Below the pieces are notes generated by a model. The model worked only from the letters and a program-made list of their open reading frames with translations. It had not been told where the DNA came from and ran no database searches. From the NCBI GenBank assembly GCA_030824075.1, contig JAVBYJ010000024.1, positions 8,685 to 72,684 of the forward strand: DNA of 64,000 nucleotides. Reading direction: 5' to 3'. This document shows positions 8,946 to 18,867 of this stretch, one piece after another (position 1 is the first letter of the stretch; every line of letters begins with the position of its first letter). The position numbers and the translations under genes are program-made. This stretch comes from Geothrix sp. GTDB lineage: Bacteria > Acidobacteriota > Holophagae > Holophagales > Holophagaceae.

Positions 8946-11900
8946 ATGAGCTTCGCCCATCTGCACCTTCATACCGAACATTCGCTCCTCGACGGCCTCA
9001 CGCGGATCCCCGACCTGGTGAAGAAGTGCCGGACGGCCGGCATGCCCGCCGTGGCCGTCACGGATCACGGGAACATGTTCGGGATGATGAAGCTCTTCGA
9101 CGCCTGCGAGAAGACGAGGGATGCCGAAGGCAACTGGGCGGTGAAACCCATCCTGGGCTGCGAGGTCTATGTCGCGCCCAAGACCCGCTTCGACCGGAAG
9201 CTCGAAGCGAAGAACGCCACCGGCGAAGAGGGCCTCGAGGACTGCGTCGACCCCAGTGGATCCCGCGATGCGGGCTACCACCTGGTGTTGCTGGCGAAGA
9301 ACCCCGTGGGCTTCGCCAACCTGTCCAAACTGGTGTCGGCAGGTTTCACCGAAGGCTTCTACTACAAGCCCCGCATCGACAAGGACATTCTTCGCGAGCA
9401 CAGCGAAGGGCTCATCGCCCTTTCCGCCTGCCTCGGCGGCGAAGTGCAAGCCCGCATTCTCCAGAACCGCTTGGATCAAGCGGAGCGCGTCTCGCGGGAC
9501 TTCCGGGACATCTTCGGCGAGGACTTCTACCTGGAGATCCAGGACCAGGGCTTCGAGAAGGAAAAGGAGATCATTCCCTACCAGATGGAGCTGGCGAAGA
9601 AGCTGGGCATTCCCCTGGTGGCCACCAATGACGCCCACTACCTCAACCACGAGGACGCCGATCTGCACGACACGCTGCTCTGCATCGGCACCAAGACCAC
9701 CAAGGCCAAGGAGAAGCGCATGCGCTTTTCCACCGATCAGTTCTACGTCAAGACCCCTGAGGAGATGCGGGCCGTATTCCCTGATCACCCTGAATACCTG
9801 GATCGCACCCTCGAGATCGCCGCCAAAATCGACCTCTTCCCCATCACGCGAAAGCCCGTCACACCTCGTTTTCCCGTGCCAGATGGCTATGACCTGGAAT
9901 CGTATTTCGTGCACGTCGCCAAGGAGACGTTCGAGCAGCGGCTGGCGGAATGCAGGCCTCTCTGGCAAGCAGGGGTCCTCAAACACGCCGAGGAGAAATA
10001 CCGGGAGCGGCTGTCCTTCGAGCTGGACATGATCCTCAAGATGGGCTTCCCGGGCTACTTCCTGCTGGTCTGGGATTTCATCAGCAAGGCCAGGGAGATG
10101 GGCGTGCCCGTGGGCCCCGGCCGTGGATCGGCCGCGGGCAGCATCGTGGCCTGGTCCATGCGGATCACGGACATCGATCCCATGCAGTACGACCTCCTCT
10201 TCGAGCGCTTCTTGAATCCGGAGCGCGTGTCCATGCCCGACGTGGATATCGACTTCTGCCGGGACGGCCGCCAACGGGTCATCGACTACGTCACCGAGAA
10301 GTACGGCCAGGACAAGGTGTGCAACATCATCACCATCAATCAGCTCAAGACCAAGGCCGTGATCAAGGATGTGGCGCGGGTCTTCGAAAAGGATTTCGCC
10401 TTCGCCAACAACCTCACGAAGCTGGTGCCCCAGGAGCCCGGCAAGCCCATCACCATCGGCGAAGCGCTCCAGAAAAGCGACCAGCTGCGGCGGCTGTACG
10501 AGACCGATCCCGAGGTGAAGAACATCCTCGACATCTCTGCGCGGCTGGAGGGCCTGTCCCGCAACACTGGCGTCCACGCGGCGGGCGTCATCATCGCGCC
10601 GGACGAGCTCACCCGGTTTGCGCCCCTCAGCGTCGATAAGGACAAGAAGGTCATGGTGCAATACACCATGATCGAGGCTGAGCGCGCGGGCCTGCTGAAG
10701 ATGGACTTCCTGGGCCTGGAAACGCTCACGCAGATCGCGAAAACCCAGGAGGTCATCGCCCGCCGCCACGGTCAGCCCAAGGACATGACCACCCTCCGGA
10801 GCTTCGATGACAAGAAGACCTTCGAGCTGTTCGCCGCAGGAGATACGGATGGCGTCTTCCAGTTTGAATCCGGCGGCATGAAGCAGTTGCTGCGCCAGCT
10901 CGGCCCGGACCGCTTCGACGACCTCATCGCCCTCAACGCCCTCTTCCGCCCGGGCCCTCTGGGCGCGGGCATGGGCACCACCTATGTGGATCGCCGCCAT
11001 GGCCGCGAGCCCGTCACCTACCTCTTTCCTGACCTCGAGCCCATCCTGTCCCCCACGTACGGCGTGATCCTCTACCAGGAACAGGTGATGCAGATCGCCA
11101 GCCTTGTCGCGGGGTACTCGTTGGGCGAAGCCGATATGCTGCGCCGCGCCATGGGCAAGAAGGACAAGGAGAAGATGGCCAAGGAAAAGACCAGCTTCAT
11201 CGAGCGGGGCGCCACCCGGGGCTACGACAAGGCCAAGGTCGCCGAGATGTTCGACCTCATCGAGTACTTCGCGGGCTACGGCTTCAACAAGAGCCACAGC
11301 GCCGCCTACGCCATGGTGGCCTACGAGACGGCCTACCTGAAGGCCAACTTCCCGGTGGAGTTCATGGCGGGCCTGTTGTCCACCAAGTCCGGGCGCACGG
11401 AAGACGTGGCCAAGTACGTGCAGAACTGCCGTGAGCGCGGCATCGAGGTGCTGGGCCCGGATATCAACGAATCGGCCCTGGATTTCACCGCCACGGGGGA
11501 TCACGAAATCCGCTTCGGCTTTGCCGCGGTGAAGGGGCTGGGGGACGCGGCGCTCCAGGCCATCCTTGAGGCCCGGAAAACCGAGGGACGGTTCAATGAC
11601 CTCTTCCACGCCCTGAAGAGCACCGACCCCCAGAAGGCCAATCGCAAGGTATGGGAATCCCTCATCAAGGCCGGGGCCTTCGACAGCCTCGAGCCCAACC
11701 GCGCCGCCCTGCTGCAGGGCCTTCCCGATGCGGTTTCGGCGGCTTCCCGTGGAAGCAGCGACACGGGCATGACCAGCCTCTTCGACGACGCCGAGCTGGC
11801 CAGCCTCAGCGAGGATTGGCGCGTGCCCGAGAACATCGAGCCCTGGGACCGCAAGACCCGCCTTGCCGCGGAACGCGAGGTCCTGGGCCTCTTCGTCAGC

Positions 11901-12590
11901 GGTCATCCCCTGGAGGAGTTCGCCGACGCCATCCAGGTGCACGCCCACGGGACCCTGGCCAAGGTGCTGGAGGATGTGGCCTCGGGGCGCCTGCGGGACC
12001 GCCACGAAATCGTCCTCGGCGCCATGGTCTCCACGGTCGCCTTCAAGACCAACCAGAAAGGTGAACCCTGGGCCATCCTCCAGGTGGAAGATCCCACCGG
12101 GAAGATGGAAGTGCTGCTCATGGCCAGCAAGTGGGATCCCACCACCAAGAAAGCGGGCCGTCGGCCCTTCGAGCATTACGGCCACCTGGCCCTGCCCGAA
12201 GCCATGCTGCGCATCACGGGTGAACTGCGGGTGGAGACGATCCAAGGCAATGGAAACGGAGCGGGCAACGGGAACGGCGGCGAAGCAGAAGAGGAAGAAG
12301 AACAGACCGTCGTGAAGGTCTTCGCCACGCTGCTCGAGCCTCTGGAGGGTTTCCAGGGTCGGGGCTTCAATGGGGCCCTGGTGCGTCTGCCCCCCGGGGA
12401 ATGCCCGCCCCGCATGGCCGCCCTCCTGGCCACCTGCCCGGGAGACCTGCCGGTGACCTTCGAGTACCGCTCGAAGGAAGGACTCGTGGCCCGCGTGAAG
12501 GCGGGGCGGGATTGGCGCCTGAAACACGATCCCGACCTGGCCGAAAAACTCGCCAAGGAAACCGGCTGCTCGCTGACCTGGACCTACTGA
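8946..12590 (+). CDS. dnaE: DNA polymerase III subunit alpha
   Basis: 1214 aa with an N-terminal PHP domain (HLHLHTEHSLLDG), polymerase core and a C-terminal OB fold. Collinear with DnaE throughout. Confidence 0.95.
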   Translation: MSFAHLHLHTEHSLLDGLTRIPDLVKKCRTAGMPAVAVTDHGNMFGMMKLFDACEKTRDAEGNWAVKPILGCEVYVAPKTRFDRKLEAKNATGEEGLEDCVDPSGSRDAGYHLVLLAKNPVGFANLSKLVSAGFTEGFYYKPRIDKDILREHSEGLIALSACLGGEVQARILQNRLDQAERVSRDFRDIFGEDFYLEIQDQGFEKEKEIIPYQMELAKKLGIPLVATNDAHYLNHEDADLHDTLLCIGTKTTKAKEKRMRFSTDQFYVKTPEEMRAVFPDHPEYLDRTLEIAAKIDLFPITRKPVTPRFPVPDGYDLESYFVHVAKETFEQRLAECRPLWQAGVLKHAEEKYRERLSFELDMILKMGFPGYFLLVWDFISKAREMGVPVGPGRGSAAGSIVAWSMRITDIDPMQYDLLFERFLNPERVSMPDVDIDFCRDGRQRVIDYVTEKYGQDKVCNIITINQLKTKAVIKDVARVFEKDFAFANNLTKLVPQEPGKPITIGEALQKSDQLRRLYETDPEVKNILDISARLEGLSRNTGVHAAGVIIAPDELTRFAPLSVDKDKKVMVQYTMIEAERAGLLKMDFLGLETLTQIAKTQEVIARRHGQPKDMTTLRSFDDKKTFELFAAGDTDGVFQFESGGMKQLLRQLGPDRFDDLIALNALFRPGPLGAGMGTTYVDRRHGREPVTYLFPDLEPILSPTYGVILYQEQVMQIASLVAGYSLGEADMLRRAMGKKDKEKMAKEKTSFIERGATRGYDKAKVAEMFDLIEYFAGYGFNKSHSAAYAMVAYETAYLKANFPVEFMAGLLSTKSGRTEDVAKYVQNCRERGIEVLGPDINESALDFTATGDHEIRFGFAAVKGLGDAALQAILEARKTEGRFNDLFHALKSTDPQKANRKVWESLIKAGAFDSLEPNRAALLQGLPDAVSAASRGSSDTGMTSLFDDAELASLSEDWRVPENIEPWDRKTRLAAEREVLGLFVSGHPLEEFADAIQVHAHGTLAKVLEDVASGRLRDRHEIVLGAMVSTVAFKTNQKGEPWAILQVEDPTGKMEVLLMASKWDPTTKKAGRRPFEHYGHLALPEAMLRITGELRVETIQGNGNGAGNGNGGEAEEEEEQTVVKVFATLLEPLEGFQGRGFNGALVRLPPGECPPRMAALLATCPGDLPVTFEYRSKEGLVARVKAGRDWRLKHDPDLAEKLAKETGCSLTWTY

Positions 12591-12617
12591 AGCCTCGCCG
12601 AGAGTATCCTCACTCCC

Positions 12618-13511
12618 ATGCCGAACGACCCCTCCACCCCCCCCGACCTCCACACGGTCATTGAGGCTTTGGCCGAGGCGTCCACGGCCCTCACCGAGAT
12701 GCCGCTGGGCCGCCGGGAGTTCCCTTCCCGCACCGCTGTGGCCACCCTGGTGGAGGAACTGCGCGCCCTGCTCTTCCCTGGCTACTTCGGCACCTCTGAA
12801 CTGACCCTCGGAACCCTGCGGTACCACCTGGGCGCGCGCCTGGACCGCGTACTGCATGGCCTGCGCGACCAGATCCAGCGCGGCCTCATGGCCTCGGATC
12901 CCGCCTGCGGTGATTGCGGTGGGCGCTCCCTGGACCTGGCCCAGGCGTTTCTGCTGCGGCTTCCCGAAGTCCGGCGCCTCCTCGCCACAGACATCCAGGC
13001 TGGCTTCGAAGGCGATCCCGCGGCCACCAGCCCGGATGAAGTGCTTTTCTGCTACCCCGGCCTCCTGGCCATCACCAGCCAGCGGTTGGCCCATGAGCTG
13101 CTGAAGCTGGGGGTCCCCCTGTTGCCGCGCATGATCACCGAACACGCCCACAGCCTCACGGGCATCGACATCCACCCCGGGGCCCGGATCGGCGAACGGT
13201 TCTTCATCGATCACGGCACGGGCGTGGTCATCGGCGAGACCTGCGTCATCGGCTGCAACGTGCGGATCTACCAGGGTGTGACGCTGGGCGCCAAGAGCTT
13301 TCCGCTGGATGCCGAAGGCCATCCCATCAAGGGGATCCCCCGCCATCCAGTGGTGGAGGATGACGTGATCATCTACTCCAACGCCACCATCCTGGGCCGC
13401 ATCACCCTCGGGAAGGGCTCGGCCGTCGGCGGCAATGTCTGGCTCACCCGCAGCGTGCCGCCGGGAAGCGTCATCACCCAGGCCAACGAAAAGGACGGGA
13501 TGCCCTCATGA
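12618..13511 (+). CDS. cysE: serine O-acetyltransferase
   Basis: Left-handed beta-helix hexapeptide repeats (GVVIGETCVIGCNVRIYQGVTLG) with the SAT N-terminal helical domain. Confidence 0.82.
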   Translation: MPNDPSTPPDLHTVIEALAEASTALTEMPLGRREFPSRTAVATLVEELRALLFPGYFGTSELTLGTLRYHLGARLDRVLHGLRDQIQRGLMASDPACGDCGGRSLDLAQAFLLRLPEVRRLLATDIQAGFEGDPAATSPDEVLFCYPGLLAITSQRLAHELLKLGVPLLPRMITEHAHSLTGIDIHPGARIGERFFIDHGTGVVIGETCVIGCNVRIYQGVTLGAKSFPLDAEGHPIKGIPRHPVVEDDVIIYSNATILGRITLGKGSAVGGNVWLTRSVPPGSVITQANEKDGMPS

Positions 13512-13909
13512 CGGTGCTGCTGCGGTTCGTTTTCTCCGCCATCGGCCTGCTGGTGGCCAGTTCCGTGGTGCCCGGCCTCGGCCACGGCACCTTCCTGGAC
13601 CTGCTGGTGGTGGCGGTCCTCCTCGGCGCCCTAAACACCACCCTCGGCGCGTTCCTGAAGGTCATCGCCATCGTTCCCATGGCCTGTTCCTTCGGCTGCT
13701 TCAGCCTTGTCATCAACGGCCTGGTCTTCTGGCTGGCGGGTTCCCTATCTTCCAAACTGGGACTCGACTTCACGGTCAGCGGCTTCTGGGCCGGCGTCTT
13801 CGGGGCCCTGGTGACCAGCATCATCGCCTCCGTTCTCGGCGCCATCTTCATCCCGAGGGACCGGCAGCGCCCCCAGGGACCGCCCCCAACGATCAAGATC
13901 GTGAACTAA
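13508..13909 (+). CDS. small membrane protein, phage-holin-4 / DUF360 (YvlD-like) family
   Basis: 133 aa with 4 TM segments and the characteristic Gly-rich helices. Overlaps the cysE stop by 4 nt. Confidence 0.5.
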   Translation: MTVLLRFVFSAIGLLVASSVVPGLGHGTFLDLLVVAVLLGALNTTLGAFLKVIAIVPMACSFGCFSLVINGLVFWLAGSLSSKLGLDFTVSGFWAGVFGALVTSIIASVLGAIFIPRDRQRPQGPPPTIKIVN

Positions 13910-13924
13910 GAAACGGCGGAATGA

Positions 13925-14653
13925 CTACCCTCGCTTCATGAGAGCGCGAACCGCGGATTCGGCCGCCTCCCGAAGGGCACCGGCATCGGAGAATCCGCTC
14001 GGCTCCAGCGGAACGCCAAGGCTGATGCGGTAGGGTCCGCTCCGCACGCACCAGTCGCCCTTGGGCAGGATCTCCGTACCGCCGTGAATGGCGAAGGGCA
14101 CGACGGAAACGCCGGCCTCGAAAGCCAGGGCAAAGGGGCCTTTCTTGAAGGGCAGGAGGTGACCGTCGCGGCTGCGGGTTCCTTCGGGAAAGGCCACGAC
14201 GCTTTGTCCCGCACGGATGCGAGCCGCGGCCCTTTCAAGGCTTCGCCGGGCGGCGCCCCCCCGGCCACGGTCGATGAAAATGAAACCCGCCAGCCAGATC
14301 ACCCAACCCAGGAAGGGCACCCGCGCCAGTTCCCGCTTGGCCACGAAGACGGGCCGACAGGGCAGCGTGGAGATCATCAGAGGCGGATCAAAGAGGGAGG
14401 CATGGTTGCCGATGAAGACCGCCGGGCGGCGACCGGTGCGGAGATCCTCGGGCAGCCTCTCCCAGCCCACCAGTTCGCGGCGAACGCCGAAGGCCCAGGC
14501 CGTGCCTCGAATGTAGCGGGGGGCCACCAGCCAAAAAGCCCGCCCCCCACCGAGCATGGGGGCCAGGATAAAGCAGACGCCCACGGACACAATCAGGGCC
14601 AGGGCACCGAGAATCCAGACCAGGGCGGGGCGGAGCCAGCAGCGGGGCGTCAT
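13925..14653 (-). CDS. plsC: 1-acyl-sn-glycerol-3-phosphate acyltransferase
   Basis: HxxxxD acyltransferase motif (NHASLFD) and the FPEGTRS motif, with an N-terminal TM segment. Confidence 0.8.
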   Translation of the reverse strand: MTPRCWLRPALVWILGALALIVSVGVCFILAPMLGGGRAFWLVAPRYIRGTAWAFGVRRELVGWERLPEDLRTGRRPAVFIGNHASLFDPPLMISTLPCRPVFVAKRELARVPFLGWVIWLAGFIFIDRGRGGAARRSLERAAARIRAGQSVVAFPEGTRSRDGHLLPFKKGPFALAFEAGVSVVPFAIHGGTEILPKGDWCVRSGPYRISLGVPLEPSGFSDAGALREAAESAVRALMKRG

Positions 14654-14656
14654 CTC

Positions 14657-15292
14657 CTACTGCGGAGGAAGCAGGACAGCATCCTTGAGGCGCACGGCGA
14701 ACTGTGGGATATCGCCCATGCCCCGGCGCCATTCGGTCTTGACCTTGGCGATCTTGTCCACGGCCTCCATGCCTGATACCACCCGGCCAAAGGCGCAGTA
14801 GCCGTAGCCGTCCTCGGTCATGTCCCGGTGGTCCAGCCGGGGGTTGTCCATGAGGTTGATGTAGAACTGGGCCGTGGCGCTGTGGGGAGAGCCGGTGCGG
14901 GCCATGGAAATCGTGCCCCGCGTGTTCTTCAATCCGGCCTTGAAGGTCTGGGGCGCTTCGTTGAGGATCGGTTCGCGACCGGGCTTCTCCTCCAGGTTCT
15001 CCAGCAGGCCGCCGCCCTGGATCATGAACCCCTCAATGACGCGGTGGAAGATCGTGCCCTTGTAGTGGCCGTCCTTCACATACTGCAGAAAGTTCGCGAC
15101 CGTCTTCGGGGCCAGATCCGGTTCCAGCTCCACCACGACGGGGCCGTAGCTGGTGAGCAGCTGCACCCGGGGCTTGGCCGACGGCGCGGGCATGGCAGCG
15201 GCCTGGGGAGCGGAATCCTGGGCCGTCATGGGGAGAATCAGGAAGAGCGCGCAGAGGAGGGAGCGGATCACGGGAACTCCAGGTGGGAACAC
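14657..15292 (-). CDS. peptidyl-prolyl cis-trans isomerase, cyclophilin type, secreted
   Basis: Signal peptide followed by cyclophilin motifs (FHRVIEGFMIQGGG, QFYINL). Confidence 0.85.
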   Translation of the reverse strand: MFPPGVPVIRSLLCALFLILPMTAQDSAPQAAAMPAPSAKPRVQLLTSYGPVVVELEPDLAPKTVANFLQYVKDGHYKGTIFHRVIEGFMIQGGGLLENLEEKPGREPILNEAPQTFKAGLKNTRGTISMARTGSPHSATAQFYINLMDNPRLDHRDMTEDGYGYCAFGRVVSGMEAVDKIAKVKTEWRRGMGDIPQFAVRLKDAVLLPPQ

Positions 15293-15338
15293 TTCATTCT
15301 GCCGCGAAAGGGCCAGAAGCTCCCGCTATCGTAATGAC

Positions 15339-16253
15339 ATGCCTTATTTGGACCTTCCACCCTGGATGATTTCCCTGCTGCTGGCGCCCTTCGGCCTCGT
15401 CGTGGGTTCCTTCGGCAACGTGCTGATCCACCGTCTGCCCCAGGAAGATCCGGACGATCGCAACGTCGTCACCAAGGCCAGCCACTGCCCCGGCTGCAAG
15501 GCGAAGATCAAACCCTGGCACAACATACCCCTCTTGGGATGGCTCTGGCTGCGGGGAAAGTGCGCCGCCTGCGGCTGGCGGATCCCGGTGCGCTACCCGC
15601 TGGTGGAGCTGCTCACAGGGCTCCTGTTTGCCGCCTCGCCCTGGCTGTTCCCCTTCGGATCGCTCATCTGGTTCAAGGGCGTGGTCTGCGGGTACGCCCT
15701 GATCGTGCTGTTCTTCACCGATCTCACCGAAATGATCCTGCCGGACGCGATCCAGTTCCCCCTGATGGGCCTGGGCCTGCTGCTCACCCTGCCTCAGATC
15801 GTCCGCCCCGAAGCCCTGGTGAAGGTCTGGGCCGGTCCCAGCGACATCATCCAGGCCCTGGCCTTCCACAATGGCCTGCAGCCCGCGCCGTCGTACCACG
15901 GCTTCGAACCCGCCGTCACCTGGCAGGCGAGCCTCCTCGGCCTGGCCGTGGGCTATGGGGTTCCAGCCCTGATGAATCAGCTCTACAAGTGGATCCGCAA
16001 GACCGACGGCCTGGGCATGGGCGATTTCAAGATGCTGGCCTGGCTGGGCGCCTTCTGGGGCTGGGCCCCCATGCTGGGCATCCTGTTCCTGGGCGCGGGC
16101 CTCGGCGCCGCCGTGGGTCTGCCCCTCATGTTCATGCGTCGCAGCGGCGGCCAGACCATGCTGCCCTTCGGCTGCTTCCTGGCCCTGGCCACCCCCATCG
16201 TGGTGTTCTTCGGGCGGGCGCTGTGGCTGGGGTACCTGGGGTGGGTGGGATAG
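15339..16253 (+). CDS. pilD: prepilin peptidase (type IV leader peptidase, A24 family)
   Basis: N-terminal zinc-finger-like CPGC...CAAC motif and a multi-TM A24 core. Start at MPYLDL; the longer listed ORF overlaps the PPIase gene. Confidence 0.82.
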   Translation: MPYLDLPPWMISLLLAPFGLVVGSFGNVLIHRLPQEDPDDRNVVTKASHCPGCKAKIKPWHNIPLLGWLWLRGKCAACGWRIPVRYPLVELLTGLLFAASPWLFPFGSLIWFKGVVCGYALIVLFFTDLTEMILPDAIQFPLMGLGLLLTLPQIVRPEALVKVWAGPSDIIQALAFHNGLQPAPSYHGFEPAVTWQASLLGLAVGYGVPALMNQLYKWIRKTDGLGMGDFKMLAWLGAFWGWAPMLGILFLGAGLGAAVGLPLMFMRRSGGQTMLPFGCFLALATPIVVFFGRALWLGYLGWVG

Positions 16254-16262
16254 AGCCAGGTT

Positions 16263-16763
16263 TCAAGGCGCAGGCGGGATGCGGATGGCGAGGATTTCCA
16301 GCCGTTTCGTTCCGGCCGGCCGGCGCCACACCACCTCCTCGCCCAGTTCCGCGTTCAGGAGCGCTTCGGCCAGCGGCGAGATCCAGCTGATCTTGCTCTG
16401 GGCGGCCTCGTCCTCCCCGACGATGGTGTAGGTCGCGATCTCGCCGGCCTCGTCGCAGACGTCCACGGTGGCCCCGAAATGCACACGGTCTGGTGCCATG
16501 CCGGCGGGATCCACCAGGACTGCCCGGTTCACCCGTTCCTCGTAGTAGCGGAGGTCGCGCTGCACCACGGCCAGATCCTGCGGGTTCACAAGCCGGCCTT
16601 CCTCGAGCAGCTGCTGCCTGCGGACGGCCAGCTCGGCCACCCGGGCCTGCAGCTGCCGCCATCCGGTGGGCGTCACGTAGTTCGTGTGAGGGCTCTGCGA
16701 ACGCTCCGGCAGTTCCTCCGGGCGTCCCGTGTCATCCGGATCCTTGACGAAGGCTCGGTTCAC
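16263..16763 (-). CDS. GreA/GreB family transcription elongation factor
   Basis: N-terminal coiled coil and a C-terminal FKBP-like Gre domain (FGATVDV...YTIVGEDEA). Confidence 0.72.
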   Translation of the reverse strand: MNRAFVKDPDDTGRPEELPERSQSPHTNYVTPTGWRQLQARVAELAVRRQQLLEEGRLVNPQDLAVVQRDLRYYEERVNRAVLVDPAGMAPDRVHFGATVDVCDEAGEIATYTIVGEDEAAQSKISWISPLAEALLNAELGEEVVWRRPAGTKRLEILAIRIPPAP

Positions 16764-16805
16764 CGTGCCTGCTCCCCTCGGCGACGGTCGGCCGCCATCA
16801 CCAGT

Positions 16806-17210
16806 CTATCGCCCCTGGCTGAGCTCCATCAGCACGCCGCCGGTCTCGGCTGGATGGATGAAGGCCACGCGGCAGCCGTGAGCGCCGTTCCGCGGGGCCT
16901 GGTCAATCATGCGCACGCCCTTGGCGAGCAGGGTGGCCACGGCTTCGTCGATGTCATCCACCTCGAAGCAGACGTGGTGGATGCCCGGGCCGCGCTTCGC
17001 CAGAAACTTGCCGATGGGGCCCTCGGGGTCGGTGCTCTCCAGGAATTCCAGGCTGCTTTCGCCCACGGGGAAGAAGGCTGTCTTCACCTTCTGCTCGGCC
17101 ACTTCTTCAATGTGGTCGGCGGTCCTGTCGAAGAGCCGCGCCATGCGCGCCATGGCCTCGTCCAGGCCGGGGGCCGCGATGCCCAGGTGGTTGATGCGGA
17201 GCAGCTGCAT
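16806..17210 (-). CDS. VOC-family enzyme, likely methylmalonyl-CoA epimerase
   Basis: 134 aa glyoxalase fold (INHLGIA...GIHHVCFEVDDIDEA...HPAETGGVLMEL). Start at the internal Met. Confidence 0.65.
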   Translation of the reverse strand: MQLLRINHLGIAAPGLDEAMARMARLFDRTADHIEEVAEQKVKTAFFPVGESSLEFLESTDPEGPIGKFLAKRGPGIHHVCFEVDDIDEAVATLLAKGVRMIDQAPRNGAHGCRVAFIHPAETGGVLMELSQGR

Positions 17211-17255
17211 GGGAACTCCCGTAGCCCCATTGTCCCGCATCGGCCACCCGAGAAG

Positions 17256-18464
17256 CTACATCGTGGTGTGTTTTCCGGAGGCCCTGGGGAAGATCTCTTT
17301 CGCGCAGTCGGGACAGATCCCGTGCGTGAATTCAGCGTCGGTATGCGCGTTCAGATAGGCCTCGAGCTGGTTCCAGTAGCCGTTGTCATCTCGAATCTTC
17401 TTGCAGTGGCTGCAGATGGGCAGCATGCCGCCCAGGGTCTTCACCTCCGCGAGCAACCGTTCCAGGTTCTCGTGAGTGGTCTGCTGCCTCAGCCAGGCGC
17501 GGCGGATCAACCAGAACGTTACCAGGGTCAGACCGATGAAAAGACCCACTTCCGCAAGTTGCTTGATCACCTCCCGCCGCCAGCCAGACAGGTAGTCCCG
17601 CTCGGCCAGACCCACCAGGAGGTAGAAGGGCCGGTCTGAAACCCTGCGGATGGAAAAGGTGCGCTGGACCTGGTCGAAAGGGGTGCGGGCCCGGTAGATC
17701 CCGGTGTCCCGGCCCGATTGAGCGAAGGCCAGAAGCTCCCGTGACACGACCTTCTGGCCAATGGCGGTTCCGGCCCTGGTGGGCTCGGGATAGCGGGCGA
17801 TCAGCCCCAGGTCCAGATCCCGGAGCGCCACGGAGCCATGCGGCCCCACATCCAGGGTGGAAAAGACCCTGTCGAACTGGTCCAGCCCGATCACCGCATG
17901 AACCATCCCGGCAAAGCTGTGGTCGGGGCGCTCGAGGCGCGGGGCCAGGATGATCACCCAGGTCCCGGTGAGCTTTCCCACCACGGGCTTGGAGATCACC
18001 AAACCGGCGTCGGGAACATCCCGCAGCCGGATGAAATGCTCGCGATCCGCCAGGCTGACCAGAGCGGTCATCTCTGCACCACCCCCATGATTGATCACGC
18101 CCTGCGCATCCGTGGTCCGGAGGGCCAGCAATCCGGGCGCCCGCTGGTGCTGCCGACGGATGAAGGCAGCGAGGTCGCGTCGGCCGCCTGCAGCATCGGT
18201 GTCGACGCGCTCAATCTCGTCCTTGACCGCCCACACGGCGAGGTCAGCCTTGCTGAAGGTGTCCGCCACATAGCGATCGAGCACCTGGGCCAGGTTCTGG
18301 GCCGAGGCGATGGCCAGGTCCTGGTGATTCCGCCAGCTCTGCCGGAGGGAAACCGCCGTCATGAGAATGACGAAGAGGTTGAGGATCAGGACACCGATGC
18401 CCAGCCTGACCAGAAAGGCCTTGGGTGCGAATTTTGAAACGAGCGTGTCCTGGGGGGCGTCCAT
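17256..18464 (-). CDS. membrane sensor protein: TM, periplasmic Cache-like region, TM, C-terminal 4-Cys (CxxC...CxxC) module; no kinase/GGDEF/MCP output
   Basis: Start at MDAPQDT, two hydrophobic segments, and a C-terminal tail ICSHCKKIRDDNGYWNQLEAYLNAHTDAEFTHGICPDCAKEIF. Confidence 0.6.
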   Translation of the reverse strand: MDAPQDTLVSKFAPKAFLVRLGIGVLILNLFVILMTAVSLRQSWRNHQDLAIASAQNLAQVLDRYVADTFSKADLAVWAVKDEIERVDTDAAGGRRDLAAFIRRQHQRAPGLLALRTTDAQGVINHGGGAEMTALVSLADREHFIRLRDVPDAGLVISKPVVGKLTGTWVIILAPRLERPDHSFAGMVHAVIGLDQFDRVFSTLDVGPHGSVALRDLDLGLIARYPEPTRAGTAIGQKVVSRELLAFAQSGRDTGIYRARTPFDQVQRTFSIRRVSDRPFYLLVGLAERDYLSGWRREVIKQLAEVGLFIGLTLVTFWLIRRAWLRQQTTHENLERLLAEVKTLGGMLPICSHCKKIRDDNGYWNQLEAYLNAHTDAEFTHGICPDCAKEIFPRASGKHTTM

Positions 18465-18612
18465 GGGATTCGCCAGGGAAGGCTTCTTGAAAACTCTAAC
18501 TGTAGCCGGTGGTGCGACGGTGGATCCGACCAGGATGCTCCGCGAATTCCCGGCAGCACCCGTCAACGAGGCTCTCCGGGCCGCCCGAAGGGCCTCGCCT
18601 CCAGCCTGAGCT

Positions 18613-18867
18613 TCAGTGCTGACAGGCGGGCGCCATGCCCAAGGTCACGGTGCCATCGGCCACCTGGAGCTTGCCTTTGCGGCCCAGGAAGGCGATCACG
18701 CCGTCGAAATCGAAGGTATCGCCACCGCAGTTGCAATAGGTGGCCTCGGTCCCGTGAGCCACGGCAGAGGCGGCGCGCAGCTCCTCCAACTGGCAGGCGC
18801 CACCCTTCTCCACCAGAATGCTCAGCAGATCGTGACCGTAGAGGGGTTCGGACATGGTGGCCTCCAA
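18613..18867 (-). CDS. YecH-like (DUF2492) putative metal-binding small protein
   Basis: 84 aa with the pattern HG..LL....L... TYCNCGG ...FL.RKGK and a terminal PACQH. Sits 46 bp upstream of the sensor on the same strand. Confidence 0.5.
   Translation of the reverse strand: MEATMSEPLYGHDLLSILVEKGGACQLEELRAASAVAHGTEATYCNCGGDTFDFDGVIAFLGRKGKLQVADGTVTLGMAPACQH

Noticed and set aside
8763-13346. 1527-aa ORF on the minus strand antisense to dnaE
   Set aside because: Gly/Arg/Pro/Ala-rich nonsense-like translation with no motifs. This is a typical shadow ORF created by high GC content opposite a real, well-supported gene.
15153-15338. Upstream extension of the prepilin peptidase ORF
   Set aside because: It overlaps the 5' end of the convergent cyclophilin gene, and the A24 peptidase family signature begins at MPYLDL; the shorter start was chosen.
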